Part shown: one piece after another, positions 1-11,500 of the stretch | Layout of the letters: each line of letters begins with the position of its first letter | Numbering within the stretch: the stretch's first letter is position 1 | From: Oikopleura dioica | Taxonomy: Eukaryota; Animalia; Chordata | DNA: 64,000 bases | NCBI GenBank assembly: GCA_907165135.1 | Contig: OU015566.1 | Span: forward strand, 13,764,001 to 13,828,000 | Direction of reading: 5' to 3' | Program-made: the position numbers and the translations under genes | Notes under the pieces: model-generated | Database searches by the model: none | Told to the model about the DNA's origin: nothing | Seen by the model: only the letters and a program-made list of their open reading frames with translations

Positions 1-793
1 TGAATTGAATTCATCGAATCTTACCGGAATCACTACTATCGCTGCTACTGCTGCTGCTATCTTGAACTGCTTTTGCGGCGACAAAAAGACGTTTCTTCAC
101 TTTGTTGTGCCATTCTCTGCTCGTTTTTTCCTTCCTTTCTGCAGCATCACACTTTTTTTTCGCAAAGCCTGCTTGCTGTTCAGCAACGCACAGTTCATGT
201 TTGATATTTCGGACTTTTCGCCTCGCGTCGTCGAAAGAATCTCGGGCATCCCAGGAGTTTCTGACAGAAGACTCTTCGTCGCGTTTCGACTGCTGATAAA
301 TCTTTTGAATAAGCAAGCATTCTTCCTCTTCCTCTTAAAATAGTTGCAATACAGTATTGCCAATACTGTAACTTTCGCCAACAACAAGGGCTTACCGTCT
401 GATATCTCTCTATTCAAAGCGACGTCGCAGCAAGATCCCACATAAAATTGATGATAAGAAAGTTTATCCGCTTCGCAGTTCTTTGCAGGACATTTGAATG
501 CTGCGTCAGTGTCTTGAAATTTCGCCGTTGACTTCGGAAATTTCTTTTCCTTGCAGACACTGCAATAACGCTTACCCCGGATTTCCGCGGTTGAATCAAC
601 AGCACTAAAGAAGAAATTTTTCACTAGAATAAGAATAAAGGTATAATTTATAGAGTTAAATATTTAAAACGATATATAAAAACAGCCATATATTGGCTGA
701 ACCGAACTGTTCACACTCATCGCATTTTCCATAAGTCCCATAAGAAGTTACAAAGGATGCATAAGGAACAGGGAGTTCGTCGGCTTTCTGCAT
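1..793 (-). CDS. Cys-rich Zn-finger / coiled-coil protein, paralog 1; probably continues beyond the window start
   Basis: Hand-spliced: MQKADELPVPYASFVTSYGTYGKCDECE/HAVDSTAEIRGKRYCSVCKEKKFPKSTAKFQDTDAAFKCPAKNC...GSCC, then a coiled-coil exon (ORF 11-316). It is collinear with the paralog at 3332-4224. A GTAAG donor after SDSSDS sits where the paralog has the intron before its RING exon. Confidence 0.65.
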
Positions 794-2551
794 ATTTTCT
801 CGGGCGTTTAAAAATGAGAATTATTTCTTGACTATCTTAGATTGCCGAAAACTGAAGCTCTCTTCAATGAGATAATGTCATGTTCTCGAGATAAAAATTT
901 TCCTGGAAGAGAACAGCCGAAGTCTCGCAGCCAAACAATCGAAATGATCCTTGATTTTATTTTTCCGGTGAAAGTATTTTGTTTTGGAAAGAAAGAAAAT
1001 AGCGGTTGATGAGCGTTGTTCTAGTTCCTTTCTGTTGCGCACTGTGTCTCGGAATGTTCACCTCGTGTAATCAAATCAAAATATGCAAATTTTTGAAATG
1101 GCCGTTTTCTAGAGCGGAAGCGACGAATTTCGCCGTGAAGAGGAATTTTGCTTGTTGTCGGAAATTGTTTGTTGCTCATTCTTCTTTTTCTCATCGACTA
1201 CTCGAGTAGTTCTTCGCTATTTTAACATCAGAGGATTAAAATGTATCGAACACTTCCGGACTTGGCCACTTATGAGCCCGTTCCAGTCAAGCGCAAAAAA
1301 GTTGATTTAAAAATTGACAAAATGAGAAATAGAAGCGGATGTTTATTGCACTTGTCGGTAAAAGGGATTTGCGCTCAGAAGGGAAACGGGCGGAGAAAAA
1401 CGCGCTTCCCAGAAAGGGATTACGCGCTAGAAGAGCGGATAATTATGTATTCGGATATGGATTCAGACTGATTGAGACTGAGATTTCTATGAGCGCGAAG
1501 ATGTTTATATCGAGAGTATTTTCAATTTATTGATGACATTTTCGCTCATTCTTCATTTTGAGCTGAGCTGGCTCAAATTGAGCTGAGCTCTGAGCGATCA
1601 AAACTAACTCTGATTAAGGACTCGATCTTTGAGACAAGAGAAAAGAGGCTGAGAGCCTTGAATAATCAAGAACAAAGGATAAAAATGAAAGTCTCGACCT
1701 ATATTTGATAGAAATTTATCTTTGGGTAGCTTGAAAAGGAGTCCAGTTTTATCGGATCCAGATAAAGTACAACTTCATATTCGGGCAAGAAGACCTATCA
1801 ATACAGGTCTTCTAGTAGGAGACTTTCTACTAGGGACTTTTTCAAGTCTTTTATCCTCATACTTTCTTACTGCAGAAGGGATGAGACGTTTATTTTTTTA
1901 TCTATTGATGGACAATTCTAGCGAGGACTAGTACTGTAACTGGAGCGTGCAAAAAATCATTCATTTTTCTCCGATAATCAATTACATCTCAACCTGCTTG
2001 CTTGAAAATTGACGCGCTAATTTGTTCCAAAATTATTTGCGATTCTGCCAAATTTCAATTACAGTTTCAGGCGCATCAATGATGATCATCGATCTGGTCG
2101 CATCATACTAATTAAAAATGAGTTCTTACTTATTTTTATCTGAGCCGAATTAATGGTCAATGAGCTGTGGATAATTTCAGAGGCGCAAAATAAAACCATG
2201 ACGCGCTTGGCATCAATGGCAGAAACGAACGTCACCAGGCGTAATTACGCTTCGATTCTCGAGGAATAGAACATGGTGATGGCGATAACAATTATTCCTT
2301 TGTCTCTTTTTTCTTTTTATGGCGCAGTAATTGCCATGATTGTTATATTTATATGCTATTAGAGCTATTTTGAGCATCCTTTATCGAGAGATACCAGAAC
2401 GTCACAACATTATATCACCATTTAATTTTAATTTTACATCTTATCAAGATATCCCGAAGCTGATAGCATCGTAATCCATCATTATTTTAAGCGACTATCG
2501 GTTCTGACGTCTAATGACTAGAATAATGACAAGAATCAATCCTCAATCAAA

Positions 2552-2881
2552 CAGAGTTGCAAATTTGCTGAGCTGAGCTGGCTGAATGAGCTGGGCAGTC
2601 GCTCAGCTCAGCTCAGCTCAGTGATTTTTGAAAATGATCTGATCTGCTCAGCTCAGCTCCGACAATTCCCACTCAGCTCAGCTCAGCTCAATTATTTAAA
2701 CATAATTTTACTACTAAAAACAGCTCAGCACAGCTCAACCAGCTCAGCTCAGCTCTGCTCAGCTCAGCTCAGTAACCTCTGAAAAAGGCCAGCTCCGCTC
2801 GGCTAAGCTCAGCTCAGAGAAATTCTGACTCAGGATAGCTCAGCTCAGCTCAGCAAATATAAAGCAAAATTTGCGATTCTG
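2552..2881. mobile_element. hAT-type MITE with internal GCTCA pentamer arrays
   Basis: Termini CAGAGTTGCAAATTT...AAATTTGCGATTCTG; 8-bp TSD CAATCAAA (2544-2551 / 2882-2889); same family as 58733-58966. Confidence 0.85.
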
Positions 2882-3331
2882 CAATCAAATGATGTCATCA
2901 GAGCAAATGATGAAACTTGAGAGGAACCTTTATCCTAGCGCGTGAATAAGTAATCATCGAGGGAGATTGCTGCGCTAGAGGATCGATACGGCATCGCGGC
3001 AAAAGAGAAAATATCAAAGTTTGAATGACCTTTTCGATATCAGAGACTAACAGGGTTCTTTTTGCAACATCCTTAATTCTTGCAGGTAGAGAATTTCACT
3101 GGCCAATTTATTAATAGAAGGTTTGAAGGTGGAATTGCTAATAAAGTTTATTCGCCGCTGGTGGATTTGAGAAGTAGAAGCTTTGAAAATTGGATTGGAA
3201 TTATTTTAATGGTTGTTGGTTTTCTGATATTGAAGGGAAATAGGCGCATGACTGTAAATTGATGAATCTTTTTTATTCTGTAAATAAAATAATCTGTAAA
3301 AATTGACAAAAAGGGTGGGAGAAAGAGGATA

Positions 3332-4224
3332 TCACTCGTAAAGCTTGAGGATTTTGTCAGCAGTAAAAGCAGCTCGGCAGGTTGGGCAAGTTTTCTGAGG
3401 AAGAGATGATAAGCAAATGAAGCAAGCTTTGTGTCCGCAAGGAAAGATAGCAGCCTCTGGACGATCTTCGCTGTAGTTTTCGAAGCAGACCTTGCATTTC
3501 GGCTTTTCTTTGGACTCATTGTTGTCGTCTTCTGAGTTGACTAAATATTTCGAAAACAAATTATCGGAACAATGTTCCGGGAACATTACCTAAATCGCTG
3601 TTATCTTCTTTCATCGCATGCTTAGTAAGCACCACAGACCTCTTTTGAACTTTCTTGCGCCATGCTTTCTTCTTGCCAAGCTCGTCTTCCGCATTTTTCG
3701 CTTTTTCTTCCGCCTTTGCAAGGGCTTTCTTGGCTAGTTCCACCTCTTCATTGGAGGTCGCAGCATTTTTCTCCGCTGCTTCCTCTTCTTCTCGAGCTTC
3801 TTCATAAATCCCATTGACGATTGCAACAGATTCATAACGAACTAATTAAAACCATCGGTTTGGAATTAAATAATTTTAATTCTTACATGTTGAATACGTT
3901 TTATTAGCCGCCTTCGTGCAGCATGATCCAATTTGTAGTTCTTCATAGCTCAGATTGTTTGCACCGCAGCCAGCAGGACATTTGAATTTTGCATCCGTTT
4001 TAACGAATACAGCTGTTTTATTTTCTGGATACTGTTTGTATGCACATATTGTGCAGTACCGTTCTCCAAATAAATCAGTGGTTGATCCATGTGCCCTTAA
4101 AAGGTGCCATAAAATTTTAATAACTTAGTCCAGCAAACTTTTCGCATAAGTCACACTTTCCAATAGACCCATAATCAACGACTAAATCATCACGCACAAA
4201 AACTCCAGCAGAAATTTTTTTCAT
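3332..4224 (-). CDS. Zn-finger / coiled-coil / C-terminal C3HC4 RING protein (putative E3 ligase), paralog 2
   Basis: Spliced: MKKISAGVFVRDDLVVDYGSIGKCDLCEK/AHGSTTDLFGERYCTICAYKQYP...FKCPAGC...GSCC, a coiled coil (ORF 3561-3743), then CKVCFENYSEDRPEAAIFPCGHKACFICLSSLPQKTCPTCR (RING). Confidence 0.8.
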
Positions 4225-4409
4225 ACTCTCTCAAATAAATTTATAGCGAAAAAATGTATCGAGATTGAAGCGCACTTTTTGCGGGAAAGATTTTTATCGA
4301 GAATAAACTGATTTAACTTGAGGAACGCATTTCTTGGAGTAAAACATAAGTTTATTTATGAAAAATAACAGAGGATGAACTGAAATCAGATAAGACTCAG
4401 AGTTTCATT

Positions 4410-7400
4410 CTAGCAAAGAATAGTTCCACCGTTTGGCTTCCAAACGGTCTTTTTCAAACATCGGAAGGCGGACTTGAAAACAACCGTGCCATCAGGCCAC
4501 TGGTATCTCACATCAGCCCCGTTTTTGCAGGAAACTTTGCAGACATTCTTGACGCACCCATCGATCTCGATATCATCGGAAGAGGCAGAATATTCTTGGA
4601 AGAGCGTATTTGAGCACTTTTAAGGATCATAAATGAACTGAAGATTTTTTGTTACTAGAAAAGTAAGATCCATTCCTGAGTTCTAGCGTCAGCTGTTTCA
4701 GAATCTCGATTCGCCTCATCAGCAATACAGTTAGCTTGAATAATGAGTGGCTTAGGATTGCCTCGTCGGCAGAAGATCTTTTGAGTCTCCCAAGATTGAC
4801 TGAGAGTGTCGAAAGTAAAGCCTGGATTGCATTTGACCCTGCAGAATTTCCGATTGCAATCAAAATCAGCATTCGAAACTGAAGTCGTTGCCCGAGTTGC
4901 CAAGTCGCCACACCCGCGGAGGAAGGAGCTTGGAGGTTTAGCCGCGCAACTGACAGTCTTCTTCTGTTTGATTGAGGACTTTTTGCCCTTGCACTGACCC
5001 TTGTTGACGCCGTTTAGAGCGTGAGAGCTTTCAACGCATTGGAAATTGCAAATGAATCTGCCACCGTTTTTGTTGCAGATTGCATCGACGGTTTCCGGAT
5101 CGACATCGAGTTTTGTGAAAAGAGGGCAATTCATTCCCTCGGCGATGGCTTTAGCTTCCGCGAGTTTTGATGGAGGGGTAGTGGTGGAAGTCGTTGTTGT
5201 AGTACTTGTAGTAGTAGTGGTAGTTGTGGTAGTTGTTGTTGTAGTGGTCGTTGTAGTTGTAGTCGTTGTAGTCGTAGTAGTAGTTGTTGTTGTTGTTGTT
5301 GTCGAGGTCGTTGTTGTCCTGGTAGTTGTAGTCGTAGTCGTAGTAGTTGTTGTAGTCGTAGTTGTGGAAGTTGTTGTAGTCGTAGTTGTGGTAGTGGTGG
5401 TAGTTGTTGTCGTTGTCGACGTTGTAGTAGTAGTAGTAGTAGTAGTAGTCGTCGTTGTCGTTGAAGTTGTAGTTGTAGTAGTGGTTGTAGTAGTAGTGGT
5501 TGTCGTAGTGGTGGTTGTCGTAGTCGTAGTCGTAGTCGTGGTCGTTGTCGTGGTTGTTGTTGTCGTGGTTGACGTTGTAGTAGTAGTAGTCGTCGTTGTA
5601 GTAGTTGTCGTTGTCGTGGTTGTCGAAGTTGTAGTTGTAGTAGTGGTTGAAGTCGTTGTGGTCGTAGTTGTGGTGGTTGTAAACTCAGCTGGCGCATCCT
5701 TATGCCAAAGTACAAAGTCGAAGTCAGCAAAAGTCTCCGAGCAGGAAACCCGATCATTATTCTGTCCCTTGAAGGCAGTTCCCGCTCCCATGAAAGGCCA
5801 TCTGTTTGTCGAAGGGAAGTCCTCAGAATCCATCGACAAACAGAAGAGTTTAGCCAGCGTCATGCTTTGAATTTCCGCTCTTTGAGTTTCCGTAAATTGG
5901 CCTTCTACGTCAAAGAACTTTCTATCGCCAGACTTGAGGGCGGTAAATTGCTCGGACATAGCGCACATTGTTGTTGGAGTAAGTTGAGATCCTGAAAAGA
6001 TTGTTGAAAAAGAAAAATAATTGATAATTTCCAACCTGGGAAGTGCTCCTCCATCTGCATTCCAATGTACAAATCGACAGCATTGATGTCATTTCCAAAT
6101 TCCTGTAAAACCTGGTTCCATCCTCCGATCATGGTTGGGCGCTCTCCGTTCGGATAAAATTGTCCCCATTTAGCATGAGTGCGACAGAAGTCGACCATCC
6201 GACCATATCCTAAGACAGAATTAGTGACAAGGCAATTCCAAAACGTCAGAGAATATATTTACTTTATCACGAGTTAATGAGAGCAATTTTCTTCTTTGAA
6301 CATTGATAAAATAATAATAACGCTACGCTATCTGTTGTGATGACGACGCTCATACCTGCTAGACCGTGATCCCTTCCTCGCATGATATTGATAGATCTCA
6401 GATCTACGCCATGAGGAAAACCAGCTGGCATGAAGAACATATGAACAGTGTCAGTGACCCAATTCGGCCCCATCTTGTTAGAATTGATCATCATTCCTCC
6501 GCGGATGACGGATCCAACGCTGTTGTGCATCAACATGTCCGGGTCGAACCAGCCGGATCTCATCATTCGGGTGTCTTGGAGCTCGAAGAGGGAGTTTCTA
6601 GCGATGATATGAGTGGCCTGCATGGAGTGACCCCATCGGAAAAGGGCGGCGCCAAATTCATTGCGAATTCGCGGGTCATTTTCAGCTGGTGCTTCATGCT
6701 CTCCTAACAAGCGAAATTTAAAAAAATGGCTTCGAAAGAGACTAAACCTGGAGTTTCCCGTCGACCAAATGCCTCATCAGCTCGTCTTCGCTTCCTCCCA
6801 GACGAGGAAATCTGCAATTCTGGGATAGCCGCAGCATTTTCTTCCCCAAAAACACTAGGAATCCATTCGTTGTAAACGATATTCTGGTAGATTCCGATAT
6901 TGATCTGCCGGGCTTCGAGGAAGATTTCCTCGTCAGTCTTATCCTCCATTTGGGATTTCAACTCGTCAGCAATCTTGTTGTGGAATCGAGCAAAAGCTGT
7001 GTGCCAGGAGGAGAGAACGATGTTTTCCGCACATCGAGTGTCGCCAGCGACGGGAGCAGGATGACTTTTTTCGTTGAGGAAGAATGGAAGCTTGAAGTCT
7101 TCTGTGATGGAGCTTGGCAGAATCTTTCAAAATAGAGAAGCTGAACTTTCAGTCAATATTTTCAGCCAATAAGAAGCAAGTATTTCGTGCTGAAGCCAAT
7201 AAGAGACCTCGTAGTCTAGATTAAAATGACTGAAATATCGAAGTCTTCCTTGATTTCAGTATTTGAAAGACTCTTTCCTGAAGGGAGTGATCTCACTATC
7301 AGTAAGAGTGGGCATTGTATCCCCTCGAGTGCCGTGATCCTTGAGCAATATCTTCGTCCTGTCAACAGGATCCCGCAGCATGTTCAGCATTTGCTCGCTG

Positions 7401-8568
7401 TTGCCGTACACTTGTGTCAAATCCAAGAAGCTCGAGAGTTGATTAATTTGTTCCTTTGTCAATTGCGGCGGGTTACCTCTGAAGAAAACAGAAACAAAAT
7501 AGACAGGGCAACACGCGATTAATCAACTTTACCTTGCCTCGAGTGTTCCAACGGACTTGACGATGAAGGAACAGGCAAACATCTGAATGACAGGGTCGGT
7601 TCGGCCAAGATCGTTGCGACTGTGGGAGATGTTGTCACAAACGTCAGTTCGTCGACAGTCGCAAGGATCAGGTCCCGATCCGGCGACATCGGGAGTTTGA
7701 ATGCTTCCGTGAGTGACGAACTGACCAAAATCGACCATCAATCGGCTTCGCTCGGGATTCGGGATGACTCGTCTCTCTCCGCCTTGTTCTTGCATCAAAA
7801 GGGAGATCTTTCGCGGCTGGGGAAGCGGCTGACCATTGTCAAAACAACGAGTCGAATCTCGATTGTTACAGTAGTTTGCCGGAGTCAAGCGGACGTAACT
7901 GTCGAGGACTTTTCCGAAGTTCTCGGGGTGGTTGCAGCTTCCATCGAGGGAGTAGATTCTCTCGTCGCAAAGTCCTTCTGTTCGGGTAGATGGGGCATTG
8001 ATGAAGCTCTGTTGGTGGTTGAAAATTAACGCTCATCGTTGATATCAAAGTAAAGTGCAGATTCAACCAGTCCTTGGCAGTAGCAGCAGCCTGAAAAATC
8101 TCAAAATCAGACCTTGCGCTTCCAAATGGATTATCAATTTCATCTTGGGTCATCTGTCTCAAGAATCCTTCAACAAACTGCTCGGTCTGCAACAGACTGT
8201 TTCTAGCGTTGCTATCGAGGCTAGCCCGACGAACGATTCTATGAGCGGCGGAAATCGTGTCCATTGGATTTTGGTCGCTCGGAAAGTCAGGTACATCGAG
8301 CCAATCGCTAGTGAGTTGGTTAGGCTTTAGACAAGACGTGGCTAGATTCTATGAATTATCTATTTACGTCAAATTGGCGAAAGAAGGGATGAAGTCTCCA
8401 TCTTCCAGACCTTCCGTGATTGCGCCCTGTTGTGAGATCCCGTCTGTTGGCCTCAGAGACGAATCTCTTTGGGCATTCGCACCTAAAGATTATTCTCTTT
8501 ACTATCTCTTTTATAATTTGTGAAAATCAAAAACCTAAAAAGACGGAAAACGCCGCGAAGAGCTTCAT
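4410..8568 (-). CDS. Secreted animal heme peroxidase with poly-Thr mucin stalk and three C-terminal Cys-rich repeats
   Basis: Signal peptide MKLFAAFSVFLG; peroxidase motifs YSLDGSCNHP, FGQFVTHG (distal Gln/His), EQINQLSSFLDLTQVYG, GDTRCAE (distal Arg/Glu), EFGAALFRWGHS (proximal His), NIMRGRDHG, GDRKFF. Then a Thr tract and Cys repeats; last exon 4616-4410 ends ...PNGGTILC*. Confidence 0.9.
5178..5682 (-). repeat. Coding ACN trinucleotide tract (about 165 codons, mostly Thr with scattered Ser)
   Basis: (GTA/GTT/GTC/GTG)n on +; poly-Thr in ORF 4655-6034; third codon position varies. Confidence 0.95.
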
Positions 8569-11500
8569 GGCGCGAGGGAAGGACTGGAATCCAGGACCTG
8601 GCGGCCGCTTTATATTGCATAAAATGTCAAATCACGTACAACCTTTTCAGAAATATTAAGCGATTTGCATGGCATCACAATGTTCTGATTAAAGAGGACA
8701 TTGAATTTTCTTTGGAAGCAGAACAAGATCCTCCACAACATTTGGTCAATAAGAGTAGATGAAAGTAATTTTTTTGAGGTGAAATCAAGGAAGAGTACCA
8801 TGTTTTTCCTTTTAGTTTTTCATCGAGAGTGAACTGAGCAATGAAAAACTTCACCCTCTGTTCTAAGTCGACAAAGCTTGTTTCTCAAATAAAGCAGTTC
8901 GGAAGATACATAAAGCCGTACGTTTTTTCATGAGCGATTATTTGATGAGCGCCTTCTTCGCAATTTTTGTTCTTTTCAGTAAAAAGAGAAGGAAAGAAGA
9001 CTGACAGTCAGAGAAGTAATTAATTCGCTATAAAATTAAGTGGTGTCAAGTGATGAGCTTTGGAATCATTCTCAGACTCTGATGTAGTGGACTTGAGCTC
9101 ATCGATCTCAATTCTTAATGGCCGGATTGGACAGAGGCGGCCAATTTCATTGAACTCTTAAAATACACCTTTTGCATGCCTTGTTTTACCGCTGAGAATA
9201 AGCATAGTGACACCCTTAGTAAATTTCACAGAATAAAAAGTTAAATATTTATCTTCCTAGAGAGGCCAGAATTTTCAATTTCGTAAAATTCTAGAGCCTC
9301 AAAAATAGTAGATCAAAGTTCAAGCGGCCCAAATTGTCTGTGTCAAAAGTGAAAAACAACTGTTATTGTAACTGTAGTCATCATTCATGAACTTTGAAAC
9401 ATCTTGCGTCTGAACTTTGAGTGCGAGGTCGGACCGGTCAAAGTGTTAAGTATCCATTCAGTCAGCTAGCATAACAAGAAGTGAGCTCTCCCTGTCTACA
9501 GATTGGGATGGTTAGTCTCCCACCTCGAGGAAAAGAGTCAATAATTCAAAAAAAATAGAGAGCGGAGCCGCCAAAAAGCGCCGCAAAAGAAGCAATAGAG
9601 CAAATTGTGGATGGATGAAGGTCAGGAGAAGAGGTCGACGCATTTCGACTAATTAGTGTCAGAATAAAGTGAGATTGAACTCTCGAGGGAATCGCCAGTG
9701 CTCGTTCAACGAGCATTTGAACCTCGAAAGAGGTGCAAATCCAACGAAAATCGCGCGTTTTCAAGAAAAAAAGAGAAAGAAAATAAGGGCCTACCCACGG
9801 AAAATGGCGCGTTTTTTCGACAAAAATTTTCATCATTTTTTTCGAGGTCGCGTATTATTGACTTTCATAGAGCCTTCCAAGTCGCTTTTTATTTGCGATT
9901 CAAGTTGAAAATATTTACACAGGAAGTTGAGCGAGCTGTTTTCGAAGCTGACCCCAGATCAAATAACTCGGATTATCTCCGCCCAGGACCGAAAGTACCT
10001 CCTTGGGGCAGAATGCTTTGCACCTTTCTGACCACAGACTTAGACTTTTGTTCAAAAGAAGATGATTTTCCACTGATCTTTTTCATCAAAAAAAAAAGTC
10101 GGAAAAAACGAAATAGAGAGAAAAATTCTAACTAAACCTCATTGAAATTTGTCACGTGACTGATTTCTTGCCGTCTCAGATTCAGACAAATCAGAATACT
10201 GTACTTTCTAATAGATGAAAATTTGTACCAAAATTTCAGCCAAAAATTCTCTTGAAATTCGTCTTTCGCGCTAGAATTTTGGCCAAAAATGGCAAATAAG
10301 GGTGTCAACAAGCTAAGCCCCTTCTTTTCACGAGCCAAAAATCACGGAAAAATTACCCTGATTTTCCACTGAGCTTTAGACAACCAACTCGTGAGTGTTT
10401 TTACGAACTGTCTAAAAGCCCTCGCTCAGCTTAGCGCTCCTTTCTTTATCAGCTTTTTCAGATCTAAGCTCGTCCCCCCGCCGAGTCTCCAAGAAAGAGA
10501 GAGAGAGAACGGTCAGAAAGTTCAAAAACGGCGGCTTAAAAGTTTATATTCACCACGATTTTTTTTGTTTTTGGACCGGGGCCAGAAGGGATGGGGCGAT
10601 TTTCTTTTGTTTGAAAAGGAGTTAGAAAGTTTCTTAAACAAAAAGTTCAAGGCTTATTGCTCGCTTTTTATTTAAAAATTTAGAGAATTCAACAAAAATT
10701 GTCAAAATTAAAGGTCCTAAATTGTCAATTGCAATTCGAAAGTAGAGTCCAAGATTGTTGATCGTCCCTTTTCAATCACCAAAAAATGAACTACTGTAAC
10801 TTGGTCAAAAGAAGCTTCGAAACTGAATAAGCAATCACGGGAAAGGCTGATATTTACAGTCACAAAACCTCCCACGAATAAATTATGATTTCAATGAATT
10901 TTGAAAAAAATCTTTTGTTTTTCTTTCTTCCAATTTCGCCCCTTTCACAAATTCGTCCTTTGATTAAGGCTGATATTTACGGTCACAAAACTTCTGATGA
11001 ATAAGTCATGGTTTGAATGGATTTTGTCGTTTTTTCTTCAAATTTCGCCCATTTCAAAAAATCATCTTTTGGTGGCGCTCCGATTTTTTGCCGGACCGCC
11101 GAACCCGAGTTCGTCGAAAAATAGACACGTTCTTCGGTGAACTTTTCCACTTTCTTTGAACGAAATAATCGGCCCATATTTAGGCCATATTTGGAGAAGT
11201 GTTTGTTTCACGCCCGTTTCTCTTCTTTTTGTAGCGTCCCAAATTGGGACTCTCTCTCTCTTCGAGAGTTTAACACGCCCGGGCTGAGAGTTCATAGCGA
11301 AAGAGAGAAAAGAGAGAAGAGAGAAAGAGGAGCCATGACGGCTAATTTTTATCTGAATCTCCGGTCCGGGCACCGGGTTTGATCTGGAACGCCCAAAACC
11401 AGAAAGCATCAATCCATCATTTTTTGCGATAAAAGAGAAGGTACCTCATTTCTTATTTATAAGGGAAAAACGACTGATGCATGAGGAGTCTACATAAAAA

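Noticed and set aside
3148-3519. 123-aa ORF overlapping the RING exon
   Set aside because: Alternative frame of the RING exon running into 3' UTR.
5046-5870. Poly-Val ORF (+) and Gln/Leu/Arg-rich ORF 5131-5757 (-)
   Set aside because: Antisense and alternative-frame shadows of the peroxidase Thr tract.
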